NCBI GenBank assembly: GCA_013816645.1
Contig: JACDEC010000017.1
Span: 1 to 16,004 of the forward strand
Direction of reading: 5' to 3'
Origin: Planctomycetota bacterium
GTDB lineage: Bacteria > Planctomycetota > UBA11346
DNA length: 16,004 nucleotides
The notes under the pieces were generated by a model. The model ran no database searches, had not been told where the DNA came from, and was given only the letters and a program-made list of their open reading frames with translations. Made by a program: the position numbers and the translations under genes. Every line of letters starts with the position of its first letter. Within the stretch, counting starts at the first letter, position 1. Shown one piece after another: positions 1 through 8,307 of the stretch.

Positions 1-921
1 ATCTTGAGCAGGGCGTCGCTCGGCGGCGATGCGTGCGCGAACGACTCGACGATCGTCGGGATGCCCAGGCCGATGTGCCGGGTGGTGCCCAAGGCCAGCA
101 CCGCGAGCGCGACCAGGATGCCGCCGACCACCAGCCGTCCGGGCATCCAGGCGATGGTCCGCTGGGCGAAGGCGCGGATGGCGCGGGTCAGCGCTGCGAA
201 AGCCAGCGCGGCCAGGCCGAAGACCGCGCCCGCGCCGACCGCGGCGAGGATCCCGAGCAGCGTCAGCGCCGGCACCGCGCCGGGGACGTACTCGGTGTGC
301 CGGACTCCGAACGCGATCGCCACCCGATCGCCGATCACCGCCGCGATCAGGCAGGGCAGGAGCGCGTCGCGGCGCATCGCGCCCAACGCGAGCACCTCGA
401 GCGCGAAGATCGCGCCGGCGATCGGCGTACCGAACACCGCGCCGAAACCACTGCTGACCCCGGCCATCAGCAGGATGCGCCGGGCGCGCTGGTCGAGGCG
501 CAGCGGGCGCGAGAGCTGATCGGCGAGCGACGCGCCCATCTGCAGCGCGGTGCCCTCGCGTCCCGCCGAGCCGCCGAACAGGTGGGTGGCCACGGTGCTG
601 ATCAGGATCATCGGCGCCATGCGCAGTGGCAGCCGGTGGCGCGGCTGATGGATCTCGGCGAGCACCAGCTCGCTGCCCGCTTCGACCGACCCGCCGAACC
701 AGTGGTAGGACAGCCCGATGACCAGTCCGGCCAACGGCAACAGCGCGATGATCCACGGGTGCTGCTCGCGCCACTCCGTCGCCCAATCCAATGCCGACAG
801 GAAGACCGCGCACGATCCGCCGGCGAGCACACCGACCGCCGCCGCGAGCAGCAGCCAGCGCAGCGCGGTCCGGGCGACGGCGAGCGGGTGCGCGAGCGGG
901 TGGGACACGAATGCCTTCATC
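1..921 (-). CDS. CLC-family anion channel / H+-coupled antiporter (EriC-like), N-terminal ~307 aa; the 3' end of the gene runs off the window start. The GREGT variant of the gating-glutamate motif suggests the fluoride-specific CLC-F subtype
   Basis: Manual minus-strand translation from ATG (complement of 919-921): MKAFVSHPLAHPLAVARTALRWLLLAAAVGVLAGG...HLFGGSAGREGTALQMGASLADQL...ILLMAGVSSGFGAVFGTPIAGAIFALEVLALG. These are the CLC hallmarks G(R/K)EG(P/T) and GxFxxPxxGxxFxxE. In-frame stop lies just upstream (complement of 934-936). The frame is open to position 1. It is not in the ORF track because no stop falls in the window. Confidence 0.8.
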
Positions 922-954
922 GAGCGGAGCGCTCAGTCGCGGGGAATGCTGCCG

Positions 955-1045
955 AGCGCCATGACAACGCTGGCTCGCCCCGGGTCAAGGTGGGCACGCT
1001 GCAGCATCCGATCGCCTGTCATGACAAACCCGTCCCGCCCGCATT
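955..1045. promoter_or_regulatory. Divergent promoter/operator region between the CLC gene and kbl. Holds two related ~22-bp direct repeats containing CATGACAA, and a perfect 10-bp palindrome TGTCATGACA
   Basis: ccATGACAAcgctggctCGCCCc at 959-981 and tcATGACAAacccgtcCCGCCCg at 1019-1041, 60 bp apart. TGTCATGACA at 1017-1026 is self-complementary. Confidence 0.25.
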
Positions 1046-1235
1046 GAGCGCCGACCGCGCGCGATCATCGTGACGCCGCATGACCGCCGCCGCGGCGCCC
1101 GCCCACTCGACGATCGCAGCGCAGGCAGCGACCGCTGACGAACTGTATCCGACGGCGGTGGCGGGAGCGGCGCGCGGCTGATCCGGCAGCCGGTTGGCAC
1201 GGTGGCATTCCCGCGCATGGCATTAGCGTTCGGCC

Positions 1236-2423
1236 ATGAACCAGCAGTTCCTCGACCACCTCCAGAGCGAGCTCGCCACGCTGCGCGAGACCGGCCTCTA
1301 CAAGCGCGAACGGGTGATCGCCTCGCCGCAGGCGGCGACGATCAGCGCGGAAGGCGCGCAGGTCGTCAACTTATGCGCCAACAACTACCTCGGCTTGGCC
1401 AACGACCACGAGCTCATCGTCGCGGCGACGCGCGCGCTGGACACCTACGGTTATGGCCTGGCTTCGGTGCGCTTCATCTGCGGCACCCAGACCGTGCATC
1501 GCGAACTGGAGAACCGGCTGGCCGCGTTCCTGCGGGTCGACGCGGCGATCCTCTACTCCTCGTGCTTCGACGCCAACGGCGGGCTGTTCGAGACCGTGCT
1601 CGGCGAGCAGGACGCGGTGATCTCGGATGCGCTCAACCACGCCTCGATCATCGACGGCATCCGCCTGTCCAAGGCCAAACGCTTCCGCTACGCCAACAAC
1701 GACATGACCGATCTGCGCCAGCAACTGGTCGCGGCCAAGGACTGCCGCTTCAAGATGATCGCCACCGACGGGGTGTTCTCGATGGACGGCACCATCGCCG
1801 ACCTCGCCGCGGTCTGCCAACTCGCCGACGAGCACGGCGCGCTGGTCATGGTCGACGACTCGCACGCCGTCGGCTTCATCGGCGCCAATGGTCGCGGCAC
1901 TCCCGAGCGCTGCGGCGTCGAGGGTCGCATCGACGTGCTCACCGGCACCTTCGGCAAGGCGCTCGGCGGGGCCTCGGGCGGCTACACCGCGGGCCGCGCG
2001 CCGATCGTCGAATGGCTGCGCCAGCGCTCGCGCCCGTACCTGTTCTCGAACACCCTCGCGCCCGCGATCGCCGCCACCACCCTGCGCGCGCTCGAACTGG
2101 TCGAGGCCGGCGCGGACCTGCGCGAGCGGCTGCGCGAGCGCACCCGCCAGTTCCGCGAGGGCATGGCCGGCCTGGGTTTCACCATCGTCCCCGGCGAGCA
2201 TCCGATCGTGCCGGTGATGCTCGGCGACGCGGTCCTCGCCCAGACCATGGCTGCGCGGCTGTTCAGCGCAGGCATCTACGCCGTCGGCTTCGCCTACCCC
2301 GTGGTGCCGATGGGCAAGGCGCGCATCCGCTGCCAGATCTCGGCCGCGCACAGCGCCGAGCACATCGACCTTGCCCTCGCAGCGTTTGCCAAGGTCGGCC
2401 GCGAACTGAAGATCATCGGCTGA
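1236..2423 (+). CDS. kbl: 2-amino-3-ketobutyrate CoA ligase (glycine C-acetyltransferase), PLP-dependent
   Basis: 395-aa ORF. Strong family resemblance: [39 protein letters not shown], and PLP-lysine motif TFGKALGG. Lies immediately upstream of tdh, as in the E. coli kbl-tdh operon. Confidence 0.95.
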   Translation: MNQQFLDHLQSELATLRETGLYKRERVIASPQAATISAEGAQVVNLCANNYLGLANDHELIVAATRALDTYGYGLASVRFICGTQTVHRELENRLAAFLRVDAAILYSSCFDANGGLFETVLGEQDAVISDALNHASIIDGIRLSKAKRFRYANNDMTDLRQQLVAAKDCRFKMIATDGVFSMDGTIADLAAVCQLADEHGALVMVDDSHAVGFIGANGRGTPERCGVEGRIDVLTGTFGKALGGASGGYTAGRAPIVEWLRQRSRPYLFSNTLAPAIAATTLRALELVEAGADLRERLRERTRQFREGMAGLGFTIVPGEHPIVPVMLGDAVLAQTMAARLFSAGIYAVGFAYPVVPMGKARIRCQISAAHSAEHIDLALAAFAKVGRELKIIG

Positions 2424-2451
2424 CGCCAACCCTCTGCCGGTCAGGAACACC

Positions 2452-3483
2452 ATGACGACGATGAAGGCGCTGGTCAAAGCCAAGGCCGAGCCCGGCCTGT
2501 GGATGCAGGACGTGCCGATGCCCGAGATCGGGCCCAACGACCTGTTGATCCGCATGCGCAAAACCGCGATCTGCGGCACCGACCTGCACATCTTCGCCTG
2601 GGACGAGTGGGCGCGCCGGACCATCCCGGTGCCGATGGTCACCGGCCACGAATTCGTCGGCGTCGTCGACCAGGTGGGCTCGGCGGTGCGCGGTTTCGCT
2701 CCCGGCGACCGCGTCTCGGGCGAGGGCCACATCACCTGCGGCCATTGCCGCAACTGCCGCGCGGGACGCCGCCACCTCTGCCGCAACACCCAGGGCATCG
2801 GCGTCAACCGCACCGGCTGCTTCGGCGAATACCTGTCCCTACCCGCGGGCAACGCCTTCAAGCTGCCCGACGACATCAGCGACGAATTGGCGTCGATCTT
2901 CGACCCCTACGGCAACGCCACCCACACCGCGCTGTCCTTCGACCTGGTCGGCGAGGACGTGCTGATCACCGGCGCCGGACCGATCGGCTGCATGGCGGCG
3001 GCGATCGCCCGCCACGTCGGCGCCCGCAACGTGGTGGTCACCGACATCAACGACTACCGGCTCGCCCTGGCCACGCGCATGGGCGCGACGCGCACGGTCA
3101 ACACCGCCAAGACCCCGCTCGAGCCGGTGATGCGCGAACTCGGCATGGTCGAAGGCTTCGACGTCGGCCTGGAGATGTCGGGCAACGGCCAGGCATTCAC
3201 CGGGATGCTCGCGGCGATGAACCACGGCGGCCGCATCGCCATGCTCGGCATCCTGCCCGGTCAGGTCGCGATCGATTGGAGCACGGTGATCTTCAAAGGT
3301 CTGGTCATCAAGGGCATCTACGGCCGCGAGATGTTCGAGACCTGGTACAAGATGACCGCCATGCTGCAGAGCGGCCTCGATCTCTCGGCGGTGATCACCC
3401 ACCGCCTGCCGGTCGCGCGCTACCTCGACGGCTTCGCGGCGATGCAGACCGGGCAATCGGGCAAGGTCATCCTCGACTGGTGA
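2452..3483 (+). CDS. tdh: L-threonine 3-dehydrogenase (Zn-dependent MDR family)
   Basis: 343-aa [53 protein letters not shown], Cys-rich structural-Zn motif [15 protein letters not shown], and Rossmann motif [11 protein letters not shown]. It starts 28 bp after the kbl stop. AGGA sits 5 nt upstream of ATG 2452. ATG 2461 would give the E. coli-like MKAL N-terminus. Confidence 0.95.
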   Translation: MTTMKALVKAKAEPGLWMQDVPMPEIGPNDLLIRMRKTAICGTDLHIFAWDEWARRTIPVPMVTGHEFVGVVDQVGSAVRGFAPGDRVSGEGHITCGHCRNCRAGRRHLCRNTQGIGVNRTGCFGEYLSLPAGNAFKLPDDISDELASIFDPYGNATHTALSFDLVGEDVLITGAGPIGCMAAAIARHVGARNVVVTDINDYRLALATRMGATRTVNTAKTPLEPVMRELGMVEGFDVGLEMSGNGQAFTGMLAAMNHGGRIAMLGILPGQVAIDWSTVIFKGLVIKGIYGREMFETWYKMTAMLQSGLDLSAVITHRLPVARYLDGFAAMQTGQSGKVILDW

Positions 3484-3637
3484 CCGAGCTGGCGTGACCG
3501 CCGCAACGCTTGCGACGTTCCGTGGACGCCGAGCCGGGTGACGCACGCGCACGGGAGCGCCCAGGCCCCCTGCGGTCCGCCCTACGCACCCCGGCAGGAT
3601 TGGCTGCTAATTCCGGGCCTCCGCGCGGGAACAGTCC

Positions 3638-4164
3638 ATGAGCATGCCATCGAACGATCCGGTCGAGCAGATGAACCTGCTGTTCCTGCGCCATGCGCAG
3701 GCCATCCGCGGTTTCATCGTCTGCCTCGTGGCGGGCGACCAGGGCCTGGCCGACGACGTGTTCCAGGAGGTCTTCCTGGTGGTCAGCAGGCGCGCCGCGG
3801 ACTTCCGTCCCGACGGCGACTTCACTGCCTGGGTGCGCGGGATCGCCCGCAACAAGCTGCTGGCCGTGCTGCGCCAACGGCGCCGTGGTTTCGCGCTCAG
3901 CGAGGACGTCCTGGAACTGCTCGCCGCCGAAGCGCCATCGGACGACGCCTGGGACCGCCATCAACGGGCGATACGCACCTGCCTGGATGGGCTGGCGCCG
4001 CGCGCGCGCGCGAACTGGCCGATCTGCGCTTCACCGAGGAACTCAAGCCCGCGGCGATCGCCGAGCGCGTGCATTGGACGATCAACGCGGTCAACGTCGC
4101 CCTGTCGCGCGTGCGTCGCCAGCTGCGCGATTGCTGCGAATGTCGCCTGGAGACCGAACGGTGA
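3638..4164 (+). pseudogene. ECF (sigma-24 / FecI-like) RNA polymerase sigma factor, interrupted as sequenced by a frameshift inside a (CG)7 tract. Region 2 is in frame 2 (3638-~4011) and region 4 is in frame 1 (~4012-4164)
   Basis: Frame 2 gives LLFLRHAQAIRGFIVCLVAGDQGLADDVFQEVFLVVSRRAADFRPDGDFTAWVRGIARNKLLAVLRQRRR, which is sigma region 2. Frame 1 gives ELADLRFTEELKPAAIAERVHWTINAVNVALSRVRRQLRDC, which is the region 4 HTH, ending at TGA 4162-4164. The two halves join at CGCGCGCGCGCGCG (3999-4012). Removing one CG unit, or adding one base, restores a ~175-aa ECF sigma. Confidence 0.8.
3999..4012. repeat. (CG)7 dinucleotide simple-sequence repeat at the frameshift point of the ECF sigma gene
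   Basis: Direct read of ccgCGCGCGCGCGCGCGaac. The sigma reading frame changes exactly here. Confidence 0.9.
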
Positions 4165-5468
4165 CCGGCGCGCAACGTTGCGATGCGCTGCTCGACGCCT
4201 GGCTCGACCAGGGGGACGAAACAGCCGCATCCGAACTCAACGCCCTGCTGCGCAGCGACCCCTCGGCGCGTGCGCGCTACTTCAGCGCGATGCTGGTCGA
4301 TGCCGGGATCCGCGCGGCGCTCAAGGACGCGTCGACCCACGTGCGCATCGACCGCCTGCGCCAATCGGGACGACGGCGCCTGCGCCGTCAGCGCCGCAGC
4401 GATGCCGGCCGGTATGCCGCCGCCGCGATCGCCGCCACCCTGATCGCCGCCATCGGCCTGATGATCGCGTCCAGCCGCGGCCAGCGCAGCGCGACACCGG
4501 GCGAGGCGCCGACCGTCGCCGTCCGACCCATCGAATCGAGCGTCGCGGTCGGCGCTGAAGACGTCATCGCCACCCGCACCGACGCCGGTCCGCATCGGGA
4601 GATCCGAGCAGGCGAGACCATCGCCACCGGCGATACCCCGGTGAGGCTGGTCCTGATCAGCGACCGCACGCGCATCGATCTCTCGGCCGGGACCAGCGCC
4701 CGGTTCGCGCGCGAACGCCAGGGCGTGCGCGTGCACCTCGAACACGGCGGCTTGTCCGCCGAGGTCATGCCGCGCACCGCTGATCGGCCGTTCGTGGTCG
4801 AGACTCCGCACGCCAACGCCTCCGTGGTCGGCACCGCGTTCAGCGTCGCTGTCACCGGCCACAGTACGGTGTCGGTCGGGCATGGAGTCGTCGACGTCGC
4901 CTCCGGTGGAGCGAGCGCCCGCCTGTCGGCCGGCGACGTGGCGGCCTGCGCCCGGGGCGAGGCTCCCCGCGTGGCGCGGCGGGTCGACCGGGTGCTCGAG
5001 GAACTCGCCGACCCGGGCGGCTGGAACAACTGCAGTCTCGACCTGCCCCTGGTCAGCGGCGTCGGCGGACTGGTCGGTGGGCGCTCCCTCCAGATCCATT
5101 TATCCAGCGAGCGATCCTGGGCGGGCGCGATCTTCGCCCAGCGCCAGGATTTCTCGCCATACCGCGGGCTCAGCCTGACCTGCCGAGGTCAAGGCACAGG
5201 CGCGCTGTTGCTGGTCGAGGTCCTCGACAATGGGCCCCCGCGGCAGCCTGGCGAGAAGGACCAGGCTGAACGATTCTTCGCCGACCTGGTCGATGACGTC
5301 GCGGGATGGCGCGAGGTGCGCATTCCCTTCACCGCGTTCAAGCGGCGCGAATTGCAGATGCCAGGTGCGGCGAACGATGGACTGACCCTCACCGGAACCC
5401 AGGGATTGTCGATCCTGACCAGTCGGGATACCACGCTGTCGCTCGAGCGGATCGGGCTTTACAAGTGA
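4161..5468 (+). CDS. FecR-family transmembrane anti-sigma factor with an additional ~150-aa periplasmic C-terminal beta-sandwich domain (possibly CIA30/CBM11-like)
   Basis: GTG start at 4161 overlaps the sigma-factor stop (GTGA), which implies translational coupling. The N-terminus VTGAQRCDALLDAWLDQGDETAASELNALLRSDPSARARYFSAMLV is a typical anti-sigma N-domain. One TM segment YAAAAIAATLIAAIGLMIA spans 4413-4469. The FecR domain reads RIDLSAGTSARFARE...VHLEHGGLSAEV...FVVETPHANASVVGTAFSV. The C-terminal region from ~5020 reads WNNCSLDLPLVSGVGGLVGGRS...GWREVRIPFTAFK...LSLERIGLYK. Same frame as ORF-track entry 3693..5468. Confidence 0.8.
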   Translation: MTGAQRCDALLDAWLDQGDETAASELNALLRSDPSARARYFSAMLVDAGIRAALKDASTHVRIDRLRQSGRRRLRRQRRSDAGRYAAAAIAATLIAAIGLMIASSRGQRSATPGEAPTVAVRPIESSVAVGAEDVIATRTDAGPHREIRAGETIATGDTPVRLVLISDRTRIDLSAGTSARFARERQGVRVHLEHGGLSAEVMPRTADRPFVVETPHANASVVGTAFSVAVTGHSTVSVGHGVVDVASGGASARLSAGDVAACARGEAPRVARRVDRVLEELADPGGWNNCSLDLPLVSGVGGLVGGRSLQIHLSSERSWAGAIFAQRQDFSPYRGLSLTCRGQGTGALLLVEVLDNGPPRQPGEKDQAERFFADLVDDVAGWREVRIPFTAFKRRELQMPGAANDGLTLTGTQGLSILTSRDTTLSLERIGLYK

Positions 5469-5565
5469 TGCGAGCGTTGCGCCGCGAGTGATGCACCCCG
5501 GACAGCGGGCGCAGCCCACCGGCTAAGCGACACCCGAGCCGCGGGAATCGACGGCGGAGGCCGCC

Positions 5566-8307
5566 GTGCACTTAGCCCCGAGCATCGCTTTGATCTGCTG
5601 CCTGATCGCCTCGGCGCCAGCCAGCGATTACTACGTCAGCACCAGCGGGAATGACGGCAACGCCGGGACCTCCATGGCGAGCCCGTGGCAAACCATCGCC
5701 AAGGTCAACACCAGCAATTTCGTCGCCGGCGATCGCGTGTTCTTCGCGGGCGGCCAGACCTTCACCAATCCTGGCCTGATGCTCGACGCTTCGGATACCG
5801 GCTCCGCGGCGAATCCGATCGTCATCGGCAGCTACGGGACCGGACGCGCGATCATCCGGGCCACGGGCAACGTCGACGGTCTGTTCATCTACAACACCGG
5901 CGGCGTGCGGATCCAGGATCTGATCGTCGAAGGACCGGGCGTCTCCTCCAGCACCAAGAGCGGCATCATCGCCTACTGCGATCTCGCCAATGGCAGCAAG
6001 CTCACGGGTCTCGCAATCGCCAACTGCGAAGCGCGGCAGTTCCGGAACGGCATCATCATCGGCGCGTGGCATGCTTCGTTCAGCGGCTTCTCGGGCGCGC
6101 TCGTCGAGAACTGCGTCGCGCACGACAACAGCCGCTCCGGCATCAGCAGCTACGGCTACACGACGACCTCGGCCGCGGTGCAATCGCATGCCAGCCTCAC
6201 TATCCGTGGCTGCGAAACCTACCTCAATCGTGGAGACCCCCTCCATACCGCGAACCACAGCGGCAGCGGCATCGTGGTCTCCGGCACCGTCGGCGGACTG
6301 GTCGACCAATGCTACGCCCACCACAACGGCGGATCCGCCGGCAATCCAGGCGGAGGCGGACCGGTCGGCATCTGGACCTACCAGTCCGACGGGGTGGTGA
6401 TCCAACGCTGCCTGGTGCACGACCAGAAGACCACCGCAGGCGTCAAGGACGGCGGCGGCTTCGATATCGACGGCGGCGCGGTCAATGCCGTGATCCAGTA
6501 CTGCTATTCCTACAACAACGAGGGTCCGGGTTACCTGATCTGCGAATACAGCGGCGCCGACGTGCCGGTCTCCGCGGCCACGATCCGCTATTGCCTGGGC
6601 TGGAACGACGCGCGCCGCAGGGCCAACGACCAGGGCGCTGGGTTCGATTTCTACAACGGGTATGACGGCGACCCGAGCAAACTCACGGGAGTGACCATCC
6701 ACAACAACCTGGTCTACGCCGATGCGGCCGTAGCCGGTGCGTGCGTCAAATGGGAGGGAGGCCCGCTGGCCAACGTCCGCTTCGCCAACAACATCTTCGT
6801 CGTCACCGGCGGATCACGGTTCGTCGACATCGCGGCGCACACCGCCGATTTCAGCTTCGTCGACAACGCCTATTTCTCCAGCGATGCCAATTATTCCGGT
6901 GGCTGGAAATGGAGCAGCCTGACCTACACCAGCCTGGATGCATGGCGGTCGGCATCAGGCGCGCCCGAGACCTGGAGCGGGTCCCCGGTCGGCATGCAAG
7001 CCGATCCCCTGCTCGCCAACGTGGTCGGAGGTGCGCAACCGACCTCGATCGCGGCGCTTGAATCGATCACCGCCTACCGACTGCTCGCAGGCTCGCCGTG
7101 CATCGACGCCGGGCAGGACCTGAGGACCGCGGCGTTCGGCAGCCGCACGGTCGGCAGCCGGGATTTCTTCAATCAGACGATCCCCCAGGGCGGGGCGTTC
7201 GACATCGGTGCGCACGAAACCACGCCGGCGACTGCGAACACCGCGCCGACCATCAGTCCGATCGATGGCCAGGCGATCCTCGAAGATGCGCCGACCGGCG
7301 CGATCGCCGTCACCATCGGCGATGCCGAAACCGCGGCCGGTTCGCTCACGCTCGCGGCTGCATCGTCCAACCCCACCCTGGTGCCGATCGCCAACGTGGT
7401 CTTCGCCGGTTCGTTCGCCAACCGCACGGCGACCGTGACCCCAGCCGCGGACCGCAATGGCCTCGCCACCATCACGGTCACCGTCACCGATGGTGGCGGG
7501 CTGACCGCCTCGCGATCATTCACCGTCAACGTCACCGCGGTCAATGACGAGCCCTCCTTCGTCCCGGGAGCCGACCAGAATACCTACGCGGGCGCCGGGG
7601 CGCAGACCGTGGCCAGTTGGGCGACCGCAATCAGCGCTGGGCCGACCGATGAAAGCGGGCAGACCCTGACCTTCCAGGTCAGCGCCAACAGCAATCCCGG
7701 CTTGTTCGCCACCGCTCCAGCGGTGTCCCCCGCGGGGACCTTGAGCTACACGCCCGCATCCAACGCCAATGGAACCGCCACCATCTCGCTCATGCTGGTC
7801 GACAACGGCGGCACGGCGAACGGCGGCGTGCAGGCCAGTGCGATGCAAACGTTCATGATCGCCTGCTCCCCGACGCCATTGCCCAACCTGGTCGTGTCGC
7901 GCAGTTCGGTGATCATCGGCTCGGGTGGGACCGATCGGTGCAGCGCTGCGCTCGGCGCCAATACCACCATCGCCTATGTCCTCGCCAACAGTGGCCAAGC
8001 CGTGCTGTCGATCGCCACCGCGACCGTGGTGGCGCACACCGGCTGCATCGCATCAGTCAGCGCTCTGCCCGCCGCATCGGTCGTCGCTGGTACGACCACG
8101 GGAATGGGCGTCGATGTGACGCCGCAAGCGGCGAACTGGTCATTCACCATAAGCGTGACTAGCAATGATCCCGACACGCCGAGCTACGCCTGGACGATCC
8201 GCAGCAGCACTTCCACAGTAAGCACCGCCGCCAAGCCCTGCGGCATCGGCAGCGGCATCGCCCTGGTCCTCAGCGCTCTGGCGCTGACCTTCTTTCGTCG
8301 CCACTGA
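5566..8307 (+). CDS. Secreted/surface right-handed parallel beta-helix (pectin-lyase-fold, PbH1-repeat) protein with two cadherin-like/Big-type VNDEP domains and a C-terminal sorting-signal-like tail
   Basis: 913 aa. GTG start at 5566 with GGAGG at 5556-5560. N-terminus MHLAPSIALICCLIASAPA|SDYYVSTSGNDGNAGTSMASPWQTIAKV is the DUF1565-like start of beta-helix proteins. PbH1-like repeats include NNxF...GGFDIDGG...YCYSYNNEGPGYLI. C-terminus of the helix domain is CIDAGQD...GGAFDIGAHE. From 7231 to 7870 there are two ~100-aa repeats carrying VNDEPSF. The tail AAKPCGIGSGIALVLSALALTFFRRH* spans 8233-8307. Confidence 0.8.
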   Translation: MHLAPSIALICCLIASAPASDYYVSTSGNDGNAGTSMASPWQTIAKVNTSNFVAGDRVFFAGGQTFTNPGLMLDASDTGSAANPIVIGSYGTGRAIIRATGNVDGLFIYNTGGVRIQDLIVEGPGVSSSTKSGIIAYCDLANGSKLTGLAIANCEARQFRNGIIIGAWHASFSGFSGALVENCVAHDNSRSGISSYGYTTTSAAVQSHASLTIRGCETYLNRGDPLHTANHSGSGIVVSGTVGGLVDQCYAHHNGGSAGNPGGGGPVGIWTYQSDGVVIQRCLVHDQKTTAGVKDGGGFDIDGGAVNAVIQYCYSYNNEGPGYLICEYSGADVPVSAATIRYCLGWNDARRRANDQGAGFDFYNGYDGDPSKLTGVTIHNNLVYADAAVAGACVKWEGGPLANVRFANNIFVVTGGSRFVDIAAHTADFSFVDNAYFSSDANYSGGWKWSSLTYTSLDAWRSASGAPETWSGSPVGMQADPLLANVVGGAQPTSIAALESITAYRLLAGSPCIDAGQDLRTAAFGSRTVGSRDFFNQTIPQGGAFDIGAHETTPATANTAPTISPIDGQAILEDAPTGAIAVTIGDAETAAGSLTLAAASSNPTLVPIANVVFAGSFANRTATVTPAADRNGLATITVTVTDGGGLTASRSFTVNVTAVNDEPSFVPGADQNTYAGAGAQTVASWATAISAGPTDESGQTLTFQVSANSNPGLFATAPAVSPAGTLSYTPASNANGTATISLMLVDNGGTANGGVQASAMQTFMIACSPTPLPNLVVSRSSVIIGSGGTDRCSAALGANTTIAYVLANSGQAVLSIATATVVAHTGCIASVSALPAASVVAGTTTGMGVDVTPQAANWSFTISVTSNDPDTPSYAWTIRSSTSTVSTAAKPCGIGSGIALVLSALALTFFRRH

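Noticed and set aside
33-1073. 346-aa plus-strand ORF (and 4..519, 29..457) overlapping the CLC gene
   Set aside because: Arg/Asp/Gly-rich low-complexity translation typical of off-frame reading in GC-rich DNA. The opposite strand encodes a clear CLC protein with its signature motifs
922-1235. Fluoride riboswitch (crcB motif) in the CLC 5' leader
   Set aside because: I scanned the minus-strand leader for the GGCGAUGG...CUGAUGAU core and could not find a convincing match; it contains only a GATGAT. A covariance-model scan would be needed to be sure
1371-2876. 501-aa minus-strand ORF antisense to kbl/tdh
   Set aside because: Antisense artefact. The plus strand encodes well-conserved Kbl and Tdh, and the translation has no recognisable domain and a biased composition
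3484-3637. Rho-independent terminator after tdh (hairpin cgcaa-cgc-ttgcg at ~3502-3514)
   Set aside because: The stem is only 5 bp and is not followed by a T-tract. Too weak to call
3897-5099. 400-aa minus-strand ORF antisense to the anti-sigma factor gene
   Set aside because: GC-driven open frame with a Gly/Arg/Asp-rich product. The sense strand has a coherent FecR-type domain architecture
5572-6702. 376-aa minus-strand and 326-aa plus-strand alternative-frame ORFs inside the beta-helix gene
   Set aside because: Overlap a 913-aa ORF that has clear PbH1 beta-helix features. The alternative products are Arg/Gly-rich nonsense
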